Of a stretch of 64,000 nucleotides of DNA, positions 20,004-28,627 are shown one piece after another. Under the pieces are notes generated by a model. The model saw only the letters and a list, made by a program, of their open reading frames with translations, made no database searches and had not been told where the DNA came from. The translations under genes and the position numbers were made by a program. The stretch spans positions 19,561 to 83,560 of the forward strand of contig JADJEH010000011.1 of the NCBI GenBank assembly GCA_016702305.1. The letters are read 5' to 3'. Every line of letters starts with the position of its first letter. Position 1 is the stretch's first letter. Source of the stretch: a bacterium (lineage in GTDB: Bacteria > Electryoneota > RPQS01).

Positions 20004-21566
20004 ATGAACGACGAGCAACGGATAACTGACGCTGCAAATCAAGCACAAACGTCTGCCGCTCTGAAACTCGCGGCGCTTGCAGAGTCGACATCGGATGCCA
20101 TTATCGGTCTTGCCGTGGACGGCACAATCGATAGTTGGAATATCGGCGCAGAAGCACTCTACGGATACACTACTGCTGAAGCCATTGGCCGAAACATATC
20201 AATGCTGGCGCCCAAAGGCGCCGAGGACGAATTTCCTGCCAAGATACTGCGGATCAAAGCCGGCGAGCGACTTCTGAATTTTGAAACGACACAGATCCGG
20301 AAATACGGGCAGACCCAAGTAGTCGCGTTAACGATGTCGCCCCTGCTGGATGAGTATGGAACCATTTCAGGAGTTGCGACAATCGCACGAGACATCACGT
20401 CCCAGAAACGCACGGATGACGCACTGCGCGCCCTCTCCAATATGGAAGCTACAACCCTGCTAGCCGGCGGAGTGGCCCACGATCTGAATAACCTGATGGC
20501 CGCGGTGTTAGGGCATGCGGAGCTGCTCGCGATGGAATTCCGCGATCGTCCCGCGGCGATGGGCAGCGTTGATGTTATCCTTGGTTCCGCGCAGCTCGCG
20601 GGACGGTTGGCGCAAGAGCTGCTCGCCTTCGCCCAAGGAGGCCGTTACGAATCAGCCGTTGTCAACATGAATAACATTGTCCAACAGGTTCTCGGGCTCC
20701 AGATAGCGCACGTTCCTCAAGGCGTTACTATTAAACAGGAACTGGCGGCCGATCTGAACAGCGTAGTGGCGGATCCAACGCAGATGGCGCATGCCTTGCA
20801 CAATCTAATCAAGAACGCTATCGAAGCGGTCGACGGACAGGGGCGCATCTTAATCAAGACGTGCAACGCTGTTCTGACTGAGCAAACGGTCGCGGAACAT
20901 GGCGGACTTAGGCCAGGACAACATGTCGTGGTCACAGTATCCGATAGCGGTCATGGCATGTCCGAAGATGTGATCGCGAACGCCTTTAAGCCGTTTTACT
21001 CGACTAAGGGTCTAGGGCGCGGCCTCGGATTAGCTGCAGTTTACGGCATTTCGAAGAATCACGGCGGTCATGTCACGGCATCCAGTCCACCGGGCAAAGG
21101 CGCCGTTGTCACAATCTACTTGCCCTCGACTACTCGTGAATCCATCGAGATCCCTGTAGTACCAAGTGGTGAGTTGCGCGGAAGTGAGACAATTCTTGTC
21201 GTAGATGATGAGGCGCAGTTGCTGATGCTTAACCGCCGCATACTGGAGGCCAACGGCTATCATGTGTTGACGGCGCGAGACGGAGCGGAAGCCCTGCGCG
21301 TGTCCGAAGAGTTCGCTGGCGACATTCACCTTGTCGTACTGGACATGGCAATGCCGGTTATGGACGGCGCGAAGGCGTTTGCGCTGCTCAAGCAAGCCAG
21401 ACCGGATTGCAAAGTCATTATCAGCAGCGGGTACGACTTGAACGACAAAGTACGGTCCCTGCTCGTGGCCGGCGCAGACGCGTTCTTGCAGAAACCTTTT
21501 CGTCTTACAGACTTGACATCGGAAGTAAGGCGGCTGCTCAATAGCCAACAAGCGGATGAATCGTAA
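20004..21566 (+). CDS. PAS-domain hybrid sensor histidine kinase with a C-terminal receiver domain
   Basis: PAS-like N-terminus. H-box 'AGGVAHDLNNLMAAVLGHAELL'. HATPase_c region 'VSDSGHGM...GLGRGLGL'. REC domain 'ILVVDDEAQLLMLNRRILEANGYHVLTARDG...VVLDMAMPVMDG'. Confidence 0.85.
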   Translation: MNDEQRITDAANQAQTSAALKLAALAESTSDAIIGLAVDGTIDSWNIGAEALYGYTTAEAIGRNISMLAPKGAEDEFPAKILRIKAGERLLNFETTQIRKYGQTQVVALTMSPLLDEYGTISGVATIARDITSQKRTDDALRALSNMEATTLLAGGVAHDLNNLMAAVLGHAELLAMEFRDRPAAMGSVDVILGSAQLAGRLAQELLAFAQGGRYESAVVNMNNIVQQVLGLQIAHVPQGVTIKQELAADLNSVVADPTQMAHALHNLIKNAIEAVDGQGRILIKTCNAVLTEQTVAEHGGLRPGQHVVVTVSDSGHGMSEDVIANAFKPFYSTKGLGRGLGLAAVYGISKNHGGHVTASSPPGKGAVVTIYLPSTTRESIEIPVVPSGELRGSETILVVDDEAQLLMLNRRILEANGYHVLTARDGAEALRVSEEFAGDIHLVVLDMAMPVMDGAKAFALLKQARPDCKVIISSGYDLNDKVRSLLVAGADAFLQKPFRLTDLTSEVRRLLNSQQADES

Positions 21567-21819
21567 CCTGTCTTTGAACTGCGGCGAGTAGAGAACTTGT
21601 CAATTTCACTACACTGAGAGAAAGATGCACTGAAATCACATCCGTAATACTTGGAGTCCTTTTGAGTTGGGCGATCTTGCCTACATACGCCAAAAGGTCG
21701 CAAGTTGTGACAGCTGCACACCACGAGAACTCTGATCGGTTGGCTAGTGACCCATCAAACCTGGAACCATTGACCGCGACTCCGGTCGGCAATCCAAAGG
21801 GTGGCACCGTCGCCGGCAG

Positions 21820-22042
21820 GGCAGAGATCGACTCGCCTATCGAGCCCGTCCGCGAGTGCCTTTTGGCGGATGGCTAAAGCGCGATCTACCTTGCACCACT
21901 GATTTCGATGATCAACGAGCGTGACTGTCATGACGAAACTGTATGGGAGGAATGGAAGCTGACGCTCTCCACCATTCTCAAACGTGGACTGCTCATAAAC
22001 GAACCGTCGGCAGACAGCGTCAAACACAAAGCGCGCGATTAA
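21820..22042 (+). pseudogene. TetR C-terminal fragment, a duplicate of the 3' end of 17147..17959, with an in-frame TAA at 21874-21876
   Basis: 'IEPVRECLLADG*SAIYLAPLISMINERDCHDETVWEEWKLTLSTILKRGLLI' against TetR 'IEAVRECLLAIGYSAIYLAPLISMINERDFHDETVWEEWKLTLSTILKRGLLI'. There is no N-terminal HTH. Confidence 0.7.
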
Positions 22043-22078
22043 CGAGCCTCGTCGCACAACACACTGGAGTAGAAGCAA

Positions 22079-22248
22079 TGACCAGCGTAACGAATGTCCT
22101 TCTTATCGGCTTCATACTAGCCGGGATCGTGCTTCTTTTGCTGTGGGTGTCAGGATCCAAAAGACCGTGTCCTCATTGCCGCGCAATGATGCCCAAAGAG
22201 AAAATTCTCTGCCCGCATTGCCGACGAAAAGTGCCAATCGCGTACTGA
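22079..22248 (+). CDS. Membrane miniprotein with a CPHC...CPHC zinc ribbon, copy 2
   Basis: 'MTSVTNVLLIGFILAGIVLLLLWVSGSKRPCPHCRAMMPKEKILCPHCRRKVPIAY' is a paralog of 17957..18124. Confidence 0.5.
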
Positions 22249-22355
22249 ACACCAGGCGCTTGCAATTGCATCAACCACACCCGGCACTCGTCCTCAGCCT
22301 TTCGGACATGCAACAAATCAATAATGATGAACAATCTAATCCACAGAAACCTCAA

Positions 22356-22733
22356 ATGATAGCCACCAATGTCACCACAGTCATTCCCGGTACAATCAGC
22401 AAGCAAATTGATACCGCACAACGGAAGCCGCGGGACTACGGATTTCTGCTTATGCTGGCCGCGATGGCCCTTATAGTCTGGCTGTTGGACCGTTTCTTCA
22501 ACTGGGGACGGACGACCAAGCCCGTGCTCAGCAAGAAGGCCGAACGACTTCAGAATGAAATCAACACTCTCGAGATCCTGCAGGAGCAGGCGCGACTTGA
22601 TCTCCGCAGGGTGCGAATCGAACAAAAGACACTTCAGGCTGAAGAAGCGATCGAGAGTGGACCTGTTGTCATACCTGGTGTGGCGGCGAACAACGCCACG
22701 CTAACCGACGGACACATTGCGAGGCCACAATGA
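22356..22733 (+). CDS. Membrane protein with a coiled-coil tail, copy 2
   Basis: '...PRDYGFLLMLAAMALIVWLLDRFFNWGRTTKPVLSKKAERLQNEINTLEILQEQARLDLRRVRIEQKTLQAEE' is a paralog of 18643..19020. The start could be an upstream ATG at 22308. Confidence 0.5.
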   Translation: MIATNVTTVIPGTISKQIDTAQRKPRDYGFLLMLAAMALIVWLLDRFFNWGRTTKPVLSKKAERLQNEINTLEILQEQARLDLRRVRIEQKTLQAEEAIESGPVVIPGVAANNATLTDGHIARPQ

Positions 22734-22846
22734 TGACCGATTGGAGCTTACGCAGTATCGTTCTCGGCTGGCTCGTGCCAACCGGCCTGCTTGTCCTCGC
22801 AGCCTGGATTGTCGTGACCGCGGCATCCCGGTATTGGAACAAGTAG
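22730..22846 (+). CDS. TM miniprotein of 38 aa, copy 2
   Basis: 'MMTDWSLRSIVLGWLVPTGLLVLAAWIVVTAASRYWNK'. It has the same ATGATGA overlap with the upstream stop as copy 1. Confidence 0.4.
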   Translation: MMTDWSLRSIVLGWLVPTGLLVLAAWIVVTAASRYWNK

Positions 22847-23072
22847 CAAACCTTCGAACCACCGCTGGCGATCAGAAATTGAAAGAACGCAATGTCACCG
22901 CGAAAACGACTAGACACTGTATCGTCCGTCGAAAGTCGTTGGGATTTGCCAGTACAAGACCGAAAGTTGGGCCGCCGACAACTTTGACCGCAATAGCATA
23001 CATCCGATGGCAACCGATTCCCAATCCTATCCGTAAGCAGAATGCAAGCGCCTCACCACTCTTGGCCAACTA

Positions 23073-25358
23073 ATGACAGTAAATAACTCACCGCTAAAAC
23101 GCATCGCCTTCATCGGCAACTACGCGCCGCGTCAATGTGGAATTGCGACGTTTACGACCGACCTCTGCGAATCCGTGGCGAACACCTTTACAGATACAAC
23201 GTACATCGCCATTCCCGTCAATGATACTGAGGCCGGCTATGCGTACCCGCCTCGAGTGCGGTTCGAACTTACCGAAAAAGACATAGACTCCTATCGCCGT
23301 GCCGCGGACTTCTTGAATATTAACAATGTTGACTTAGTTTGCTTGCAGCACGAATACGGAATCTTCGGCGGACAAGTCGGCAGCCATATCCTGGCTTTGT
23401 TGCGCGAACTTCGCATGCCAATCGTCACGACGTTTCACACAATTCTGCAGCATCCCGACCCGGACCAGAAAAGAGTCTTGCAAGAAATTGCGACGCTGTC
23501 TGACAGGATTGTGGTCATGAGCGAACGCGGTCGGACCGACCTGCAGACGGTGTTTGGGGTTGCGCCGGAAGTGATTGACATGATCCCGCACGGCATACCG
23601 GACTTGCCATTTGTTGATCCGAGCTTCCATAAGGACGTGTTTGGAGTAGAAGGAAAAATCGTCCTGCTGAGCTTTGGTTTGCTTTCTGCGAACAAAGGAC
23701 TCGAGAACGTCATCGCGGCGCTACCGGCAATTCTTGATCGCTTTCCAAATGTGGTGTACCTGATTCTCGGTGCAACGCACCCGCATGTCAAGCGGCGCGA
23801 GGGGGAATCGTATCGTCTATCCCTGCAACTCATGGCAGAAGAGAAGGGCGTTGAAGCACACGTCATGTTCTACAATCGCTTTGTCAGCTTGGATGAACTG
23901 ATAGAATTCATTGGCGCCGCTGATATCTACATCACGCCCTACCTGAACGCCGCGCAGAGTACATCCGGTGTACTGGCCTATACGCTTGGCGCAGGCAAAG
24001 CCGTGGTTTCCACGCCGTATTGGTACGCTGAGGAGATGCTCGCCGACGAGCGCGGCGTGCTGATTCCGTTTCGCGACCCCGCCGCGCTGGCCGAACAGGT
24101 TATTGAACTCCTGGAGAATGAACCACGACGCCACTCCATGCGGAAGCGCGCGTACATGTTTGGGCGAGAGATGATCTGGCCCGTAGTGGCGCGCAGCTAT
24201 ATGGCGACGTTTAAACGCGCACACTCGGAACGCCGGCATTCCATGTCTCCGGCGTTTATCGCCCGATCAGCGGACAAGCGGCCGAGCGAATTACCGCCGC
24301 TTAAACTCGACCATTTGCGGCACATGACAGACGAAACCGGCATGCTGCAGCACGCTGTCTTCACGGTGCCCAACTACCACGAAGGTTACACCACCGATGA
24401 CAACGCGCGGGCGCTGATGGTTAGTACGTTGCTCGACGAAGTCGGCCGCGGTGAGGCTTTTGACCTTGCCTCACGCTATCTCTCGTTCGTGTGGTACGCG
24501 TTTAATCCTACGACCGGCCGCTTTCGGAATTTCATGAACTACCAGCGTACATGGCTGGAAGAGCATAGCGGGTCGGATGACAGTCACGGCCGCACGCTGC
24601 TTGCATTGGGGACGGTGTTAGGCCGTTTCAACACGCCGGCTCTGCATAGCATGGCAGGGTGGATGTTTGAGCAAGCACTGCCGGCGATCCACGAAACTTC
24701 AAGTCCGCGCGCCTGGGCGTTTGCAATCATCGGCATACACGAATATCTCCGCCGCTTTTCGGGCGACCGCAACGCAAGTCAGTTTCAAGATGAACTGGCG
24801 GCGCGGCTGCTGGAACTCTATCGCGCCAACTCAGGGGATGACTGGAAATGGTTTGAAGATGAGTTAACCTATTGCAACGCCGTTCTTCCGCACGCAATGC
24901 TGCTCTGCGGGCACACGATGGCAAACGACGAGCTCACTCGAATCGGAATTGAGTCATTGACGTGGTTGGCGGACTTGCAACGAGCCGAAGCCGGGACCGG
25001 TCACTTCGTGCCGATCGGGTCCAATGGTTTCTATCGGCGCGGCGGACATCGCGCCCGCTTTGATCAACAGCCTGTTGAAGCACAAGCCATGGTATCGGCA
25101 TGCCTCGAGGCGCACCGTACAACGGGAGACAAGCGCTGGCGCAACGAAGCGCGCCGTGCATTCGAATGGTTTCTGGGACGCAACGACTTAAACTTGCAGA
25201 TTTACGACCCGCTGACCGGCGGTTGTCGTGACGGTTTGCACGCAAATCGCCTGAACGAAAATCAAGGAGCCGAGTCATCGTTGGCGTTTCTGCAAGCGCT
25301 GCTCGAGCTCCGCCTTGAAGAACACAGCTTGGAATCTAAAGAGGCGCGCAAATCATGA
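23073..25358 (+). CDS. GT4-family glycosyltransferase, by its N-terminal half, fused to a C-terminal ~370-aa domain of uncertain type, possibly (alpha/alpha)6-barrel-like
   Basis: The N-terminus 'RIAFIGNYAPRQCGIATFTTDL' and 'VSTPYWYAEEMLADERGVLIPF' are GT4-like. The C-terminal half 'FTVPNYHEGYTTDDNARALMVS...' has no firm assignment. Length is 761 aa and it is translationally coupled to the GH130 gene. Confidence 0.7.
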   Translation: MTVNNSPLKRIAFIGNYAPRQCGIATFTTDLCESVANTFTDTTYIAIPVNDTEAGYAYPPRVRFELTEKDIDSYRRAADFLNINNVDLVCLQHEYGIFGGQVGSHILALLRELRMPIVTTFHTILQHPDPDQKRVLQEIATLSDRIVVMSERGRTDLQTVFGVAPEVIDMIPHGIPDLPFVDPSFHKDVFGVEGKIVLLSFGLLSANKGLENVIAALPAILDRFPNVVYLILGATHPHVKRREGESYRLSLQLMAEEKGVEAHVMFYNRFVSLDELIEFIGAADIYITPYLNAAQSTSGVLAYTLGAGKAVVSTPYWYAEEMLADERGVLIPFRDPAALAEQVIELLENEPRRHSMRKRAYMFGREMIWPVVARSYMATFKRAHSERRHSMSPAFIARSADKRPSELPPLKLDHLRHMTDETGMLQHAVFTVPNYHEGYTTDDNARALMVSTLLDEVGRGEAFDLASRYLSFVWYAFNPTTGRFRNFMNYQRTWLEEHSGSDDSHGRTLLALGTVLGRFNTPALHSMAGWMFEQALPAIHETSSPRAWAFAIIGIHEYLRRFSGDRNASQFQDELAARLLELYRANSGDDWKWFEDELTYCNAVLPHAMLLCGHTMANDELTRIGIESLTWLADLQRAEAGTGHFVPIGSNGFYRRGGHRARFDQQPVEAQAMVSACLEAHRTTGDKRWRNEARRAFEWFLGRNDLNLQIYDPLTGGCRDGLHANRLNENQGAESSLAFLQALLELRLEEHSLESKEARKS

Positions 25359-26317
25359 CGGAACGCTACTCGGATCTTTTTCAGCGAAGTAAGAGCAACC
25401 CGATCCTAACCGCGGACAATTGGCCATATCCTGTCAACAGCGTGTTCAATCCCGCCGCTGTCCTGTTGAAGGACGGAACGACGCTGCTCCTTTGTCGAGT
25501 GGAGGATCGGCGCGGTCATTCGCATTTCAGCGCGGCGCGCTCTGCGAACGGAGTGGACAACTGGGTCATTGACGCGACGCCGACGCTGGCAGCGGACCCG
25601 GAGCGATTTCCCGAGGAGCTATGGGGAATCGAAGATCCGCGCATTACGTATGTACCTGAGCTGAACAAATACGCCATTGTCTACACAGCCTATAGTCGCG
25701 ACGGGCCCGGCGTCGCGTTGGCGTTCACGGACGACTTTGTGACCTTTGAACGGTTGGGCGTAATCATGCCGCCCGAGGACAAAGACGCTGCACTCCTCCC
25801 ACGCCGCATAGACGGTCAATGGGCAGTCATCCACCGTCCGGTAAGCGCGCCGCGCGCCCACATGTGGATTTCATACTCGCCAGACCTGCAGAACTGGGGC
25901 GGACACAAGCTGATGATGGAAGCCCGGCGCGGCGCGTGGTGGGATGCTAACAAAATTGGCTTGTCGCCTCCACCGATTGAAACGCCACATGGCTGGCTCG
26001 TCATCTACCACGGTGTGCGACAGTCAGCGGCCGGTTGCATGTACCGCCTCGGGCTTGCGCTCTTTGACATCAACAAGCCGGAAGTGTGTCTGAGTCGCGG
26101 TGACGAGTGGATCTTTGGGCCGCAGGAACCATACGAACAGCACGGGGACGTGGGCAATGTGGTATTCCCGTGTGGCTACACCATCGCAGCGGACGGCGAT
26201 AGTCTCAATCTCTACTACGGCGCCGCCGACACCAGTATTGCACTTGCCACCGGCAGCGTGAAGACGATGCTGAAGTGGCTGGAACGACAGTCTCAAAACC
26301 AAACTAACATCACATAG
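25355..26317 (+). CDS. GH130-family glycoside phosphorylase/hydrolase, with a DUF377-like beta-propeller
   Basis: 'NPILTADNWPYPVNSVFNPAAVLLKDGTTLLLCRVEDRRG...GIEDPRITYV...YAIVYTAY' is the GH130 pattern. Confidence 0.75.
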   Translation: MTERYSDLFQRSKSNPILTADNWPYPVNSVFNPAAVLLKDGTTLLLCRVEDRRGHSHFSAARSANGVDNWVIDATPTLAADPERFPEELWGIEDPRITYVPELNKYAIVYTAYSRDGPGVALAFTDDFVTFERLGVIMPPEDKDAALLPRRIDGQWAVIHRPVSAPRAHMWISYSPDLQNWGGHKLMMEARRGAWWDANKIGLSPPPIETPHGWLVIYHGVRQSAAGCMYRLGLALFDINKPEVCLSRGDEWIFGPQEPYEQHGDVGNVVFPCGYTIAADGDSLNLYYGAADTSIALATGSVKTMLKWLERQSQNQTNIT

Positions 26318-26345
26318 TCCAATTGAAAGAAAAAGGGTAAAGACA

Positions 26346-26906
26346 ATGAGTAAGAACTTAGGCAAGAGTGTGGCTATTCTTGGGGTAAGCATCATGCTGC
26401 TTGCAATCGCTGCAACCGCTTCCGCCGAGAGCAACATCGGCTTCAAAGCAATTGGTCCACGTCTGGGCTTCGTTGATCCGGGCAACGACTTAGACGGTGC
26501 CGTAGAATTCGGCGCCGCAATGGAATTCGGCGAATTTGTTCGCCAACTGCATTGGAACGGCTCCTTGAGCTTCTGGTCCACTGGGCGCGAGTATCGTTAC
26601 TTCAACGACCGGTACGACTGGACATTGCGCGACATAATCGTGCGCACAGGCGTGGACTATCACTTCATTGAAGGTGATTGGGAGCCCTATGCGGGCGGTG
26701 GTCTTGGTCTGCACTTCTACTCGTGGGACTACAGCAACGCGCCCAACTATAGCAACTCTGATGACAACAAACTTGGACTCTACGTAGACGGCGGTGTTGA
26801 GCATCAAATCGCGGAGCGCTGGACCGGACAACTGCAAGTGCAGCTTGATTTCGCGGACCCGGATCAAACGGCGCTCATGTTTAATCTGCTCTACGTCTTG
26901 AAATAG
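26346..26906 (+). CDS. Outer-membrane beta-barrel protein, OmpW/OmpA-like, 186 aa
   Basis: Signal peptide 'MSKNLGKSVAILGVSIMLLAIAATASA'. Alternating aromatic/hydrophilic strands. C-terminus '...ALMFNLLYVLK'. Confidence 0.55.
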   Translation: MSKNLGKSVAILGVSIMLLAIAATASAESNIGFKAIGPRLGFVDPGNDLDGAVEFGAAMEFGEFVRQLHWNGSLSFWSTGREYRYFNDRYDWTLRDIIVRTGVDYHFIEGDWEPYAGGGLGLHFYSWDYSNAPNYSNSDDNKLGLYVDGGVEHQIAERWTGQLQVQLDFADPDQTALMFNLLYVLK

Positions 26907-26945
26907 ACCAGTGGAATCGCAATGCATACCCCAAAGGAATCCAAC

Positions 26946-27092
26946 ATGATTTGGACAATCGTCGTCGTGCTGCTGGTGCTTTGGCTGCTCGGGTTTGTAG
27001 TCTACCCGGTCGGCAGCTTGATCCACATTCTGCTGGTCATCGCCCTCATAGTATTCATCGTGCGGATGGTACAGGGCAAACGGCTAACCTGA
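26946..27092 (+). CDS. lmo0937-family small membrane protein of 48 aa
   Basis: 'MIWTIVVVLLVLWLLGFVVYPVGSLIHILLVIALIVFIVRMVQGKRLT'. An AAAGGAAT RBS lies upstream. It is not in the supplied ORF track because it is under 60 aa. Confidence 0.5.
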   Translation: MIWTIVVVLLVLWLLGFVVYPVGSLIHILLVIALIVFIVRMVQGKRLT

Positions 27093-27185
27093 TTTTCGCG
27101 CAGGCAGCCGCCGACACGCACAGCATGGAAACATTTTCGACCGTAACATATGGGTACCATACCCAAGTCCAGAAAGGATCTAACA

Positions 27186-27461
27186 ATGGTTAATATTTAT
27201 GCGGGTAACCTGTCATTTGACATGACGGAATCTGACCTGAGAAACATGTTTGAAGCGCATGGCAAGGTAGATCGCGCGAGCCTCGTCAAAGACCGCGCTA
27301 GCGGCGACAGCAAGGGCTTCGGTTTTGTCGAAATGCCCAATGACGCTGAAGCTAAGGTGGCCATCGCCGCTCTGAACGACATGAACACGCAAGGACGCAA
27401 GATGACGGTCAATGAAGCAAAGCCGAAGGGCGATCGCGGCTCAAGCCACGACCGCTACTAA
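27186..27461 (+). CDS. RRM-type RNA-binding protein
   Basis: RNP-2 'IYAGNL' and RNP-1 'KGFGFVEM'. The RBS AAAGGA is upstream. 91 aa. Confidence 0.8.
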   Translation: MVNIYAGNLSFDMTESDLRNMFEAHGKVDRASLVKDRASGDSKGFGFVEMPNDAEAKVAIAALNDMNTQGRKMTVNEAKPKGDRGSSHDRY

Positions 27462-27561
27462 AGCTTCGCAGACAGCATGGACATGGGGCGAACGCGTTGT
27501 TCGCCCCTTGCGTTACCGGCTTTCGTGTGGTGAGGGCAGGTCCAACATAACGGAGTGCAGA

Positions 27562-27864
27562 ATGGCAAATACAACGATGATAGAATTCACGGAAGCCAAG
27601 AGAATTGGTGACCTTCTCGGCGTGGACTGGAACATGTTCCCGGTCGAGGAATTTCGCATGGGTTTAGACGTCGAGCTTGAGCACGGTGCGCGCGATCCGC
27701 AGACGGATGTAACCCATGATGATCCGCTGCAGACTGGTCGTATCGCTTGGGCGCACTTGAAGGAGTTTCCGGACTACTACACGCGCCTGAAGAAAATGGA
27801 GAAGGAAGCCGAGAAATTCTGGGCGGCAGAAACTGACATGCGGCAGCGGCGGCCGATCCGGTAA
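27562..27864 (+). CDS. Hypothetical protein of 100 aa
   Basis: ORF with an RBS-like GGAGTG upstream. 'MANTTMIEFTEAKRIGDLLGVDWNMFPVEEFRMGLDVELEHG...'. No motif recognised. Confidence 0.45.
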   Translation: MANTTMIEFTEAKRIGDLLGVDWNMFPVEEFRMGLDVELEHGARDPQTDVTHDDPLQTGRIAWAHLKEFPDYYTRLKKMEKEAEKFWAAETDMRQRRPIR

Positions 27865-28259
27865 GCTGCCGGTCAGTATGGGTGCGCAGTCCACTGGTGT
27901 CACACAGATAAGAAGCAAGCACGTCGGAACAGTCCAATGGGCTTCATGTCTTCCTGAACCACCAACAATTCAAATCACCCTCTTTCTATTGCACATGATC
28001 CTGATCGGCCAACTATGCGTTGGGAAGGGCGATCATATCTTGCAAAGGTAACAGCACATCATCCGCTGTGATCGGTCAGGCGACAGGCAAGTCCAAGCAC
28101 TCCCGCGTATACTCATTCCAGTATGGTCAATACTCGCAACGGCCTGCCGTTGGCCTTTTGTCACGAACGTAGCGTCTGTGATTGACACACCAACAAGTCA
28201 ACCGGATCAGCGCGGTGACGATGCGATAGCCATCGGGCCATATTGACACGCTAATGAAC

Positions 28260-28500
28260 ATTCACCAGCAATGCCAGTTCGGTATCGTCGAATCGCCGCA
28301 CAGGTACCCATCGTCGATTGGTGCCGTGCGAATTCGTCGTCAACCCCAAGTGCTCCCGCCGCCAGTGGTAATACGTGTTTACCGAAACCCCAGCTTCCGG
28401 CACACTTCACGCACCGCCATCTCGTTCCCGATCTCGACCTCCGCTTCGCGAAGTATCGGCATCGTCTGCTTCGGACGGTACTTATCTCTGTCCATTCAGG
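28260..28500 (-). mobile_element. IS3-family transposase OrfA HTH remnant, truncated and frameshifted
   Basis: The minus-strand translation 'MDRDKYRPKQTMPILREAEVEIGNEMAVREVCRKLGFR', then after a shift 'VSVNTYYHWRREHLGL', matches IS3 OrfA 'ILKEAEAG..VAELCRKHGIS.ATFYNWRKKYGG'. No OrfB or inverted repeats are visible. Confidence 0.4.
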
Positions 28501-28580
28501 CCTTTGTACCTTCCGAATGTGCTGCCAATCACTAACTTCCAAAGTGGTACAGTCTTCAGGGCTAGCTCAACGATAGAAGC

Positions 28581-28604
28581 CCCCGCGAGAGAATCGCGGG
28601 GGCT
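28581..28604. terminator. GC-rich hairpin, a candidate bidirectional terminator downstream of the minus-strand MCP gene
   Basis: The 8-bp stem CCCCCGCG/CGCGGGGG has loop AGAGAAT. It is followed on the plus strand by CTTTCATTCTG. The T-tract is weak. Confidence 0.35.
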
Positions 28605-28627
28605 TTCATTCTGACAATCAAACTAGT

